Source: Candidatus Latescibacterota bacterium
Lineage (GTDB): Bacteria; Latescibacterota; UBA2968; UBA8231
DNA: 64,000 nt
NCBI GenBank assembly: GCA_965248355.1
Contig: OZ252098.1
Location: forward strand, 3,584,001 to 3,648,000
Reading direction: 5' to 3'
The notes under the pieces are model-generated. The model had not been told where the DNA came from. It did not search any database and saw nothing but the letters and a program-made list of their open reading frames with translations. Shown here in pieces: positions 15,413 through 24,448 of this stretch. The position numbers and the translations under genes are program-made. Position 1 is the first letter of the stretch, and every line of letters starts with the position of its first letter.

Positions 15413-15605
15413 CCGTGGACGGGCCTCGCCTACAGGCCCGGTCCCAGACTCGGATCCAGCTCGCGGACGAGGTCCTTCACCTCTCCGACCCGATTCTCAC
15501 CTCCGGCAGCAGTCCCTCAGCGTGCACCGACCCGCGCACCGCGCCGTCCCCGGGAGGAAACGGTCTTGAAATGAGACGGAAACGAGGAACCCCTTTGCCT
15601 ACACC

Positions 15606-15633
15606 TTGACATGAAAAAACAATGACTTAGGAT
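15606..15633 (+). promoter_or_regulatory. Sigma70-type promoter of the Fic gene
   Basis: TTGACA-N16-TAGGAT in an AT-rich patch. Confidence 0.6.
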
Positions 15634-15669
15634 GAATCGATCCCGCAACGGGTCGGAAATGAGCCGCAA

Positions 15670-16917
15670 ATGGAGACGCCGGCCGTCAACAGCTACACGA
15701 TACCGCAGCGGTGGATACGCTACGACCCCACGACCGTTTTCGAGTCGCTGGTTCAGGCCAAGGCCACCGCCGGGGTCCTGAATCGAATGCCGTATCTGCC
15801 CCAGTGGATCGAGCAGGTCCACGAGGAACAGCTGCGGCTGGAGGCCGCCGGCACCTCGCGCATCGAAGGCGCCGAGTTCACCCAGGGGGAGCAGGAAGAA
15901 GCCCTCGCTCCGGACCCTCCCGCGCACACCGGGCTGACCCATTCCCAACGGCAACTGCGCGCCGCCGACGCCACCTACCGCTGGATGCGCTCACAGCCGG
16001 CCGACCGATGGGTCTCGACCGACTTCATCCTGGAGACCCACCGGCGCATCGTGACCGGCTGTGACGACGATCAATGCGAGCCCGGAGCACTGCGCCCCCA
16101 AGGCTGGAACGTCACCTTCGGCACGCCGCCCTGCCGGGGGGCCGAAGGCGGCAACGAGTGCCGCATCGCCTTCGATTCTCTCTGTTCCGCCATCGCCGGC
16201 GAGTTCCGGCAACACGACCGGATCATTCAGGCCATCGCCACCCACTACCACGTGGGATCGATGCACCCCTTCGGCGACGGCAACGGCCGCACCGCCCGCG
16301 CCCTGGAGGCGTTCATGCTGCGGCAGGCCGGTGTCAACGACATGGTGATGGTCAGCCTTTCCAATTACTACTACGAGCGCAAGGATGAGTACCTGGCGGC
16401 GCTTTTCGCCTCCCGGCGCGAGGGACACGACCTGACTCCTTTCCTCCGATTCGCCCTCGGGGCCGTCACCGAACGGAGCAACGCAGTCGCCACGCACCTC
16501 GCCGCCAACCATCAGCGCACCCTGTTCCGGGAATTCGCCAGATCGTTGTTCGGGCAGCTCCGCAGTCCGCGCCGCCGGGTCCTGGCGGACAGGCAGCTGA
16601 GAGTCGTGGAGGTTCTGCTTGACGTCGGTTCCCTCAGCCTGAATGGACTTGCGAGCAGGGTATTGGGCGATTACGACGGCCTCAAATTCCCTGAGCGGGC
16701 GTTTGCGCGGGATCTGGTTGGGTTGCTCGAGTTGTCCGCGATCACGCTTGACGACGACCGGGTCGCCGTCAACCTGGACTGGCCGATGCAGTCTTCGGAG
16801 TCGGAATTGCTGCAACGGTTGGAGAGCATGCCCGCTACCGCATCGGCCAGAAATCCGGCCATGGCGAAGTTGTCCCAGCTGTTGGGCCGCGACCGCGGGC
16901 GCGGCATTCCCAGGTGA
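15670..16917 (+). CDS. Fic family protein (class II-like, N-terminal inhibitory motif)
   Basis: Canonical HPFGDGNGRTAR; TSRIEG fits (S/T)xxxE(G/N). Confidence 0.93.
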   Translation: METPAVNSYTIPQRWIRYDPTTVFESLVQAKATAGVLNRMPYLPQWIEQVHEEQLRLEAAGTSRIEGAEFTQGEQEEALAPDPPAHTGLTHSQRQLRAADATYRWMRSQPADRWVSTDFILETHRRIVTGCDDDQCEPGALRPQGWNVTFGTPPCRGAEGGNECRIAFDSLCSAIAGEFRQHDRIIQAIATHYHVGSMHPFGDGNGRTARALEAFMLRQAGVNDMVMVSLSNYYYERKDEYLAALFASRREGHDLTPFLRFALGAVTERSNAVATHLAANHQRTLFREFARSLFGQLRSPRRRVLADRQLRVVEVLLDVGSLSLNGLASRVLGDYDGLKFPERAFARDLVGLLELSAITLDDDRVAVNLDWPMQSSESELLQRLESMPATASARNPAMAKLSQLLGRDRGRGIPR

Positions 16918-16929
16918 GGTGGCAGAGGG

Positions 16930-17393
16930 CTATCCCCCCTCCAGCGCCTTCAGCTCCGCCACCGCCCGTTGATGGGCGAACCCGTCGTAGGCATCCCGCA
17001 CCGGTAGTCCGACCGCCTTCTTCAGCAGTTCCCTCGCGCGCTCCCTGCCGGCCTTGCCGGCGAGCTTCGGCAGCCTGAGCGCATAGTCCAGCAGCACCAC
17101 CTTCGACTCCGGGGCCAGCTCCAGGGCGCGCTCGAAGTGGGCGACCGCTTCCTTCCCGGTTGCCCCGTACATGACCCGGGCCATCATGCCTCCGGCACGA
17201 CTGACGATGTCGGCGTTCCACCCGCCGAGGGCCAGGTGCGCCAGGGCGTGGCCGGACTGGAAGTACGCCTCCGGGTTGGCCGTATCGGCGCGCACCGCCT
17301 GCTCGCCCAACCCCAGCGCGCGTTCGGAGCCGCATAGTGCCCGTACACCGCGAGCGAGCGCGCCGCCGCGGTGATATAGCGGAACTGACCCAT
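16930..17393 (-). pseudogene. Eroded copy 1 of a TPR-like helical repeat protein gene
   Basis: High similarity to 18123-18589; lacks 111 bp present in copy 2; frame break near 17320; no intact 5' end. Confidence 0.75.
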
Positions 17394-17415
17394 CTTCTGC
17401 CTAGGTAAGGCTTCA

Positions 17416-17470
17416 TTGACAAGAAGAGACGTGTGGCTTTAATATGGTCATGTGAAAAGACTATATAGTC
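17416..17470 (+). promoter_or_regulatory. TA operon promoter with palindromic operator
   Basis: TTGACA 17416-17421; AT-rich -10 region 17438-17445; perfect palindrome GACTATATAGTC 17459-17470 just before RBS AGGAG. Confidence 0.7.
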
Positions 17471-17483
17471 AGGAGTTGAGACC

Positions 17484-17723
17484 ATGCGGATGCCCATCAG
17501 CGAGTTCAAAGCCAAATGCACCCAGGTCGTGCGCGAAGTTGGCACCAAATACAGAACTGTGGAGTTGACCAATCGCGGCAAGGTCGTAGCGCAAGTCGTC
17601 CCGCCTGAGCCGGAGACCAAACCCGATCCCCAATCCTTCTTCGGCTCGCTCCGAGGTACTGTCGCGTACCAGCCCGGTTGGGATGAGCCTCTCGGCGAGG
17701 ATGATTGGGAAGCTTGTCAGTGA
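17484..17723 (+). CDS. Phd/YefM family antitoxin
   Basis: MPISEFKAKCTQVVREV..VELTNRGKVVAQVVP; GTGA overlap with the PIN toxin. Confidence 0.92.
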   Translation: MRMPISEFKAKCTQVVREVGTKYRTVELTNRGKVVAQVVPPEPETKPDPQSFFGSLRGTVAYQPGWDEPLGEDDWEACQ

Positions 17724-18118
17724 AGTACTTGCTCGACACCAATGCGTGGATCTGGGCCTTGGAGGCACCGGAAAAACTGCCCGACCCGACAAGAGCAGTG
17801 CTGATGGAGCCGGATCACCTGCCTTTTGGGCTAGCGGCGATCAGTCCTTGGGAAGTAGCAAAAAAAGAGTCCAAGGGGCTTCTGCATTTATCTATGCCCG
17901 TGCGCCAGTGGGTAGCGCACGCCACCCAAGCCCCGTTCATAGAGGTTCTGCCCCTTTCGGTGGATATAGCCCTCGAATCGGCGCATTTGCCTGCTCCATG
18001 CCACAAAGACCCAGCCGACCACATGATCGTCGCCACAGCGCGGATGCACAATCTGGTGCTGATCAGTGCCGACCAACGGCTGCGCGCCTATCCACACGTG
18101 CAAACAAAGTGGCAATAG
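17720..18118 (+). CDS. vapC: VapC/PIN-domain toxin
   Basis: YLLDTNAWIW, ISPWEVAKK, HKDPADHMIVATA, LISADQRL. Confidence 0.92.
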   Translation: MKYLLDTNAWIWALEAPEKLPDPTRAVLMEPDHLPFGLAAISPWEVAKKESKGLLHLSMPVRQWVAHATQAPFIEVLPLSVDIALESAHLPAPCHKDPADHMIVATARMHNLVLISADQRLRAYPHVQTKWQ

Positions 18119-18122
18119 GGGA

Positions 18123-18597
18123 CTACCCCCCCTCCAGCCCCTTCAGCTCGGCCACCGCCCGTTCGTGGACGAACCCGCCGTAGACATCCCCCACCGGCAA
18201 TCCGACCGCCTTCTTCAGCAGTTCCCTCGCGCGCTCCCTGCCGGCCTTGCCGGCGAGCTTCGGCAGCCTGAGCGCATAGTCCAGCAGCACCACCTTCGAC
18301 TCCGGGGCCAGCTCCAGGGCGCGCTCGAAGGCGACCGCTTCCTTCCTGGTTGCCCCGTACTTGACCCGGGCCATCATGCGCCCGGCGCGACTGACGATGT
18401 CGGCGTTCCAGCCGCCGAGGGCCAGGTGCGCCAGGGCGTGGTGGGGATCGATGGCGAGCGTCGCTTCGAACATTTCGCGGGTCTTGCCCCCGAGGCCTTT
18501 CCGAAGCGCCGTCATCGTGCCCATGCTCTGCGCGTACCGGCCGAGGGCGTGGCCGGACTGGAAGTACGCCTCCGGGTTGGCCGTATCGGTAGTTCAT
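18123..18597 (-). pseudogene. Eroded copy 2 of the TPR-like gene
   Basis: RBS GGAGG and ATG AAC TAC at 18597 join out of frame to DTANPEAYFQSGHALGRYAQSMG..FERALELAPES; paralogous to 16930-17288. Confidence 0.75.
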
Positions 18598-18705
18598 TTC
18601 AGCCTCCGTTGTGCAGCAGTTCAGCGCCCTCCTCAGGACCATCGCCTGAGGCCGGGCACCGGGTCGGTGCGGCCGAGCGAGCGGCGCCGCCCCGCGCCTC
18701 CCTTC

Positions 18706-19749
18706 TCAGCGGCGGGCGCCCTCGAAGGGAGACGGATGCGACAGGGTATCCAGCAACACGTCCGCCGGGGGGGTGAGCCACGAGGCCCGCCCACCGGTGA
18801 GGACGGCCGTCAGCCGGGCCCCGGAGTTGCGCACGTAGCGCTCCCCCTCGCCGGCGGCTCCCCCCACCTCGAGCAAGTCGCGCACACCCTTCTCATCGGT
18901 CAGCTCCACCCGGGCGGAGCCGAAGCCGTAGCCGGCCGAAGCCGCCGGGTCCACGAGGCGCTCCACCCTCACCTGCCGCAGGTAGGTCAGGTAGGCGTAG
19001 ACGCTGGCGTCGACGCAGTTGTCCTCCACGCCCGACTCCCGCTGCAGCAGCCACCGGTAGCGCTCCCGTTCCCCCGCGGGCAGGGGCAGGGCCGGCGCGT
19101 CCTCGGGCAGGGGAGCCAGCACCCGCCGCAGCCGGTAGGCTTCCCCGGGAGCCGTCACCTGCACCTCCACCACGGAACCCCGGCGCTCGTCGCGCGGCAT
19201 CAGGTGCGGGTCGAGCATGGGAGGCCTGGCGGCCCCCAGTTGGAGCAGGGGGTTGGCGTGCAGGTGGAGGACGGTGTCGGAGCCGGCCCTCCGGACATAG
19301 CTCTCCGGTCCGGCCGGCCCCGGGACACCCTTGCCGATCCAGATCTCCCCGAGGGACTCCCCGGCGGTGCCGGCGAGGGTCAGCCGCACGGCCTGCCCCC
19401 CGGTGACGCCGAGGTCGTCGAAGTCGTCCTCGTCGGTGGTGGCCAGGGTGCCGGAGGCGCCGAGCACCTCGTGGAGGAGCCGGTCCACGCGCCCGGAGTG
19501 GGCGTAGGCGCCGAAGTAGGCGGGGAAGCGCCAGGTGTCCCCGCGGCGCTCGTAGACCCAGGGGGACGAGCCCGGGACCTGCAGGGAGAAGCTGCGGACG
19601 CGCTCGGGCTCGACCTGCCCGGAGGGCGGCAGGACCCCCCGCAGGACCGCCGCCTCGTCGCGGGCGGTCTCCCGGGCCCGGCGCACCCAGCCGTCCGTGG
19701 CGACGACGGCCGCCAGAACCCCGGCCAGCAGCAGCAGGTGCCGGGTCAC
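18706..19749 (-). CDS. DUF4340-like periplasmic protein
   Basis: N-terminal TM; YERRGDTWR..A..RVDRLL, EIWIGKG..YVRRAG repeated pattern; last gene of a Gld-like ABC operon. Confidence 0.7.
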   Translation of the reverse strand: MTRHLLLLAGVLAAVVATDGWVRRARETARDEAAVLRGVLPPSGQVEPERVRSFSLQVPGSSPWVYERRGDTWRFPAYFGAYAHSGRVDRLLHEVLGASGTLATTDEDDFDDLGVTGGQAVRLTLAGTAGESLGEIWIGKGVPGPAGPESYVRRAGSDTVLHLHANPLLQLGAARPPMLDPHLMPRDERRGSVVEVQVTAPGEAYRLRRVLAPLPEDAPALPLPAGERERYRWLLQRESGVEDNCVDASVYAYLTYLRQVRVERLVDPAASAGYGFGSARVELTDEKGVRDLLEVGGAAGEGERYVRNSGARLTAVLTGGRASWLTPPADVLLDTLSHPSPFEGARR

Positions 19750-22700
19750 GGGCGGGGCCGCCGGTGGATGGACCGCCGCCAGCGCCAGAGCCCCACGAGG
19801 GCGAGAGCCAGCGGAGCACCGCCGATCACGGCGAGACGCCAGGTGGCGCGCGCCTCCGCGCCCGGCGCCGGGAAGCCCCTGGCGGGCGCCCGGGCGCGCC
19901 CCTGCAGCTCGGTCATCCGCGGGCCGAGGGCGACCATGGCCGCGGCGTTGAGCAGCAGCTGGTCGTGGGCGAAGCCGGCGCTGAAGAGACGGTGGTTCTT
20001 GAACATCTCCGAGGAGCCGAGCAGCAGCATCCAGCCGTCCCGGGCCCCGTCGACGGGTTGCCGCTGAAGGCGGGTGCCGCCGCCCTCGGTGTCCACGGTC
20101 TCCACGGCGGGGAAGCGTCCTTCCAGGGTCAGGGCCAGACTCTGGGGGCCGGACAGGTAGCCGCCGCCACGAAGCGTCTCGGGCGGCAGCCAGCCGCCGC
20201 TCCAGTCGTAGGACCAGGCGCGATCCGTCGTCGTCGCCAGCACCTCGGCGCGCAGGCCGGCCTCCCCCAGGGCGGCGGCGTCGACGCGGAAGCGGTTGCC
20301 CCAGATGAACAGCAGATCGCCGAGACGACCGGTCACCGGCGAGGTGCTGGAGTGGTTGGAGCCGAGGGCCCGGATCAGAAAAGGCAGGGCCACACGCTGC
20401 GGGTCGTACTCGCGCACGGCGGCGCGGTTCACCTGGGTGTCGAGCTCAAGGTGATGGCGGCTGCGGTCCATGAGCACCTCGCGCACCTGCTCGACGCCGA
20501 AGAGCCTCAGGTAGCGGTCGAAGTCCTGGAACTGGGGCTGCGGCCAGTGCACGGTCCCGAAGCCGGTGCCGCGGTACTGGCGCTGCTGGATGTTGAAGTG
20601 CTGCATGGCCACCACGGCCCGCCCCCCGCGTGCCAGGTGCCGGCTCAGCCAGGTCAGGACCGGTGTCGAGTCCCTCCGCGGCTGGAACCAGATGACGGCC
20701 CCGGGGTGCTCCGGGAACACGGGCTCGCGCAGCGGCACGTGACGCACGTCGTATCCGTACTCCCTCAGCAACTGCTTGGCGCGGGCATGGACATCCACGC
20801 CCTGGGGAGCGCTCAGGCCCTTCTTCTGGTAGTCCTCGTGGGCCTCGGCCGGCGACAGGCGCGGCAGGTCCGAGATCACCGTGATCACAGGGGCGCGCCC
20901 CTCGTCGAGCCGCTTCAGGGCCGCGGCGAGGAGGAAGTCCAGGTGGGCGCCGGTGTGGCCGTCGAGGCGGGGAATCGAGGTCGAACGGCCGCCCTGGCGC
21001 AGCACCAGCCCGCTGTGGATCTCGGTGGTGACGCTCGTGTCCTGCCAGACGCGCTCCACCTCGAAGGCCGGCACTGCGGGGGCGCGGCCCTCCACGGGAT
21101 GGTGCACTTCGACCACAATTCCCGCGTCTGACAGCACCCCCCGGAGGCGGTCGGCGACGGCTCCCACACTCGACGGCAGCTGCGACCGAGGGGACAGGAT
21201 GAGCTCGGCCCTCAGCTCCCCCGCCCGGTTCCGCAGGGCGTCCACGACCGAGGCGTCCGGCGTGTGCACGCCCGCGGCCGTCAGGTCCCAACGCACCTGC
21301 CCCAGGGGTCCGCGCAGCGCCAGGAAGAGGAGGGCCACAGCCACCACCCCCGCCCCGGCTGCGAGGGCCGGTCCAGGCGCAGGACGGTATCGCCCGCCCG
21401 GGCGGACGCTCCCACGCAGGGTCCGAAAGGCCAGCCCCGCCCACAGGAGCGGCACGAGACCCGCCACGGCCAGGCGCCAGCCCACTCGGGAGGCCCCGGA
21501 CAGGACCGGCAGGCTCGCCGGCCGGCCGCGATCGACCCGCTGCCGCGCCAGCCGCTCCGGGTCGGCGAAGGTGCGCGCCAGGTCGCGGACGAAGACGGCG
21601 TGTCCGTACCCGGCCTGTTCGAGGATCTCGTCGCGGAAGGGGCTGGCCGAGGCCAGCACCAGCAGCTGACCCGCCCACGGGTCCTCCGGGGTGAGCAGGA
21701 CCATCAGGTTCTGCTTGGGCACCGGCAGGGCCTTGGGCAGGTCCTCCAGGCCGAACTCGCCCTCGGGCAGGGCCCGCACCCAGGCGTGCTCGGTGGTGGT
21801 GGCGGCCACGTGGGCCTGGTAGCCGGCCGCGGCCACCCGCCGCGGGTCGACCCGCAGGGGACTGGCGGCGGTGAAGCTCAGGCCGCCCCGCGCCGGCGTC
21901 CGGAAGGGACGGAAGTCGCGGAAGGCGGGCAGATTGCGCAGGTGGAAGGGGGCTTCCACCTCACGCTCCACCCCGTCCACGGAGACCGTCACCGGGCCGG
22001 CGTTGCGGTCCATGACCAGATCCGCCACCGGCTCCAGGCCGAAAGGCTCCAGGAGACGTTCCCAGGCGCTGTCCATCCCCTCGACGCGGAAGCGGACCTC
22101 GCCCTCCTCGCCGGCGGCGTAGCGCACCCGGTAGGCGCTGCCGGCCAGGACGGCGGTCCGTCCCGAGGCCAGGAAGCGGCGCAGCTCGGCGATGTGCTGC
22201 CGCGTCACCCGCCGCGGCTCCAGCCAGAACAGGACGTCCACGTCCCGGGGGATGAAGCCCCCGGCGTCGACGTCGATCTCGAGGACGGGGCCGTGCTGGC
22301 TCAGGTAGCGGGGGAAGCGCCCGTAGCCCGTCGGGGCCGACACGGCGAAGGCGGCCTGGGGCGCCGACTCGCCCGCCGCCAGGCGCGCCGACACCAGGCG
22401 GGCCAGGTGCGGCAGATGGGCGTTCTCGATCCCCTGGATGAGGATGTCCTCCCGCCGGGGGCGCCCCTGCCGGGAGAACACCAGGGAGGACCAGATCTCC
22501 GCCTGGCTCTCGGCGTCGTCGACGACGCGGCGCACCCGGATGGGACTCGCGCGGCGGGAGGCGGCGTAGCGGGCGCCCGCCGGCCCGGAGAGGCCGGGAT
22601 CGACGACGCGGTAGCTGAAGCGCCCGCCGGCGGCCGCCTCCATCTCCTCGAGCAGGGCCCTGGCCGTGGCCTCCACCTCCTTCAAGTGGGAGGGCATGCG

Positions 22701-22913
22701 CTCCCGGCCGCTGACGAAGAGGGTGGCCGCCAGCTCCCCGTCCAGGCCGCGCAGGAGTCTCCGCAACTCGGCCGGCACGGTGGCCGGATGGCGCCCCCCG
22801 GGATCGAGGTGGGCGGCCGGCCCCGCGGCGCCGAGCAGCCGGCCCGCGTAGACCGTGATCCCGAAGAGGAGGACAGCGGCGAGGAGGGCCTGGACCAGGA
22901 AGGTTCGCTTCAA
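19746..22913 (-). CDS. GldG-like ABC transporter auxiliary protein with two tandem modules
   Basis: Two homologous halves, each flanked by TM helices (DLVMDRN..APFHLR / EVLMDRS..LPFLIR; ATTTEHAW / ATTTDRAW). Confidence 0.72.
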   Translation of the reverse strand: MKRTFLVQALLAAVLLFGITVYAGRLLGAAGPAAHLDPGGRHPATVPAELRRLLRGLDGELAATLFVSGRERMPSHLKEVEATARALLEEMEAAAGGRFSYRVVDPGLSGPAGARYAASRRASPIRVRRVVDDAESQAEIWSSLVFSRQGRPRREDILIQGIENAHLPHLARLVSARLAAGESAPQAAFAVSAPTGYGRFPRYLSQHGPVLEIDVDAGGFIPRDVDVLFWLEPRRVTRQHIAELRRFLASGRTAVLAGSAYRVRYAAGEEGEVRFRVEGMDSAWERLLEPFGLEPVADLVMDRNAGPVTVSVDGVEREVEAPFHLRNLPAFRDFRPFRTPARGGLSFTAASPLRVDPRRVAAAGYQAHVAATTTEHAWVRALPEGEFGLEDLPKALPVPKQNLMVLLTPEDPWAGQLLVLASASPFRDEILEQAGYGHAVFVRDLARTFADPERLARQRVDRGRPASLPVLSGASRVGWRLAVAGLVPLLWAGLAFRTLRGSVRPGGRYRPAPGPALAAGAGVVAVALLFLALRGPLGQVRWDLTAAGVHTPDASVVDALRNRAGELRAELILSPRSQLPSSVGAVADRLRGVLSDAGIVVEVHHPVEGRAPAVPAFEVERVWQDTSVTTEIHSGLVLRQGGRSTSIPRLDGHTGAHLDFLLAAALKRLDEGRAPVITVISDLPRLSPAEAHEDYQKKGLSAPQGVDVHARAKQLLREYGYDVRHVPLREPVFPEHPGAVIWFQPRRDSTPVLTWLSRHLARGGRAVVAMQHFNIQQRQYRGTGFGTVHWPQPQFQDFDRYLRLFGVEQVREVLMDRSRHHLELDTQVNRAAVREYDPQRVALPFLIRALGSNHSSTSPVTGRLGDLLFIWGNRFRVDAAALGEAGLRAEVLATTTDRAWSYDWSGGWLPPETLRGGGYLSGPQSLALTLEGRFPAVETVDTEGGGTRLQRQPVDGARDGWMLLLGSSEMFKNHRLFSAGFAHDQLLLNAAAMVALGPRMTELQGRARAPARGFPAPGAEARATWRLAVIGGAPLALALVGLWRWRRSIHRRPRP

Positions 22914-22923
22914 TGCGGCCTCG

Positions 22924-23706
22924 TCAGTACTTGAGGCGCTGCAGGCCGATCCGGGTCATCCACAGGAAGAACGCGCACAGGAGGGCGAAGTAGAGGAGGT
23001 GGTCGAGGCCGACGAGCCCGTTGACGAAGGCCTGGTAGTGGGGCAGACAGGAGACGGACTCGGCCAGCCAGGTCCCCGGCTGCCAGGCCGGGGCCAGACC
23101 GTCGAGGATCTCCACCACCTGCGGATGGCCGCTGAAGACGAGCAGAAAGGCCGTCATGGCCGCGAGCACGAAAGCGACGATCTGATTGTGGGTGAGGCTG
23201 GACAGGAACTGGCCGAAGGCGAGGAACAGGGCGCCCAGGAGCAGGGCCCCCAGGTAGCCGGCCAGGATCATGCCAAGGTCGGGCTCTCCCAGCCACACCA
23301 GCATGACCACGATCGGCAGCGACCCGGCGATCACCACCAGGAAGTAGACGAGGGCGGCCACATACTTGCCGGCCACCACCTGCAGGGGCTCCAGGGGCAG
23401 GGTCAGGAGCAGCTCCACCGTCCCCTGGGCGTGCTCCTCCGACCAGGAGCGCATGGTGATGGCGGGCACGAAGGGGATCAGCAGGAAGGGCAGCACCTCG
23501 AAGTAGGGGGACATGTCGACGACGCCCTCGAGGAAGAAGGCGTTCATGAAGATGGTCCCCGAGAGCACGAGGAAGACGGCGGCGTAGATGTAGGCGATGG
23601 CCGAGTCGAAGATGGCGATCAGCTCGCGGCCGGCGACCAGGCGCGTCCCGGCGGCGAACTCGCGGAGGGCGCGCGACCTTCCGCGAGCCTCAGCCTCCGC
23701 GGCCAT
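22924..23706 (-). CDS. ABC-2 permease (GldF-like)
   Basis: RELIAIFDSAIAY, PAITMRSWSEE..GTVELLLTLP, GKYVAA, SSLTHNQIVAF. Confidence 0.9.
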   Translation of the reverse strand: MAAEAEARGRSRALREFAAGTRLVAGRELIAIFDSAIAYIYAAVFLVLSGTIFMNAFFLEGVVDMSPYFEVLPFLLIPFVPAITMRSWSEEHAQGTVELLLTLPLEPLQVVAGKYVAALVYFLVVIAGSLPIVVMLVWLGEPDLGMILAGYLGALLLGALFLAFGQFLSSLTHNQIVAFVLAAMTAFLLVFSGHPQVVEILDGLAPAWQPGTWLAESVSCLPHYQAFVNGLVGLDHLLYFALLCAFFLWMTRIGLQRLKY

Positions 23707-24448
23707 GATATTCTCCGGAGGTGGACACGAGGTGGGCGAAGAGCGTTTCCAGGTCGGCCCCGGGAAGGCCGGCGGCCTGGGCCTGCGCCGCCAGGGGGCC
23801 GTCGCCGAGGAGGCGCCCCTGGTGAATGATGAGCACGCGGTCGCTGACCGCCTCCACGTCGGGGATGATGTGGGTGGAGAACAGGATCGCCCGGTCCTGC
23901 TTGAGGCCGGAGAGCTGCTGGCGGAAGGCCATCACCTGCAGCGGATCGAAGCCGTGGGTCGGCTCGTCGAGCAGCAGCACCGGCGGGTCGTGCACAAGGG
24001 CGATGGAAAGCCCCACGCGCTGGCGGAAACCGGTCGAGCACTGGCGCACCCGCAGGCTCCGGACCGGGCCGAGACCGCACAGGTCGACGGTGCGCTCCAG
24101 GGCCTCCTCGAGCCGGCTCCCGCGCAGACCGTGAGCGCGGGCCACGAAGCGCAGCAGGTCGTCGACCACCATGTCGGCGTAGAGGGGGGTGTCCCCCGGC
24201 AGGTAGCCGATGCGGCGGCGCACTTCCAGGGGGTCCTCGGCGATGTCGTGCCCAGCGACCGAGACGCGCCCCGAGGTGGGCAGCAGGTAGGTGGCCAGCA
24301 TCTTCAGCATCGTCGACTTGCCGGCGCCGTTGGGCCCCACGAAGCCGACGATCTCCCCCCGCTCGACGTGGAAGGAGACGTCGTCCACGGCGGTGATCGC
24401 TCCGGCGCCCGACCCGAAGACGCGGGTGACCGCCTCCACCGCGATCAC
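23690..24448 (-). CDS. ABC transporter ATP-binding protein (GldA-like)
   Basis: GPNGAGKST, CSTGFRQRV, LLLDEPT, FSTH; GTG start overlaps the upstream TGA. Confidence 0.93.
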   Translation of the reverse strand: MIAVEAVTRVFGSGAGAITAVDDVSFHVERGEIVGFVGPNGAGKSTMLKMLATYLLPTSGRVSVAGHDIAEDPLEVRRRIGYLPGDTPLYADMVVDDLLRFVARAHGLRGSRLEEALERTVDLCGLGPVRSLRVRQCSTGFRQRVGLSIALVHDPPVLLLDEPTHGFDPLQVMAFRQQLSGLKQDRAILFSTHIIPDVEAVSDRVLIIHQGRLLGDGPLAAQAQAAGLPGADLETLFAHLVSTSGEYHGRGG

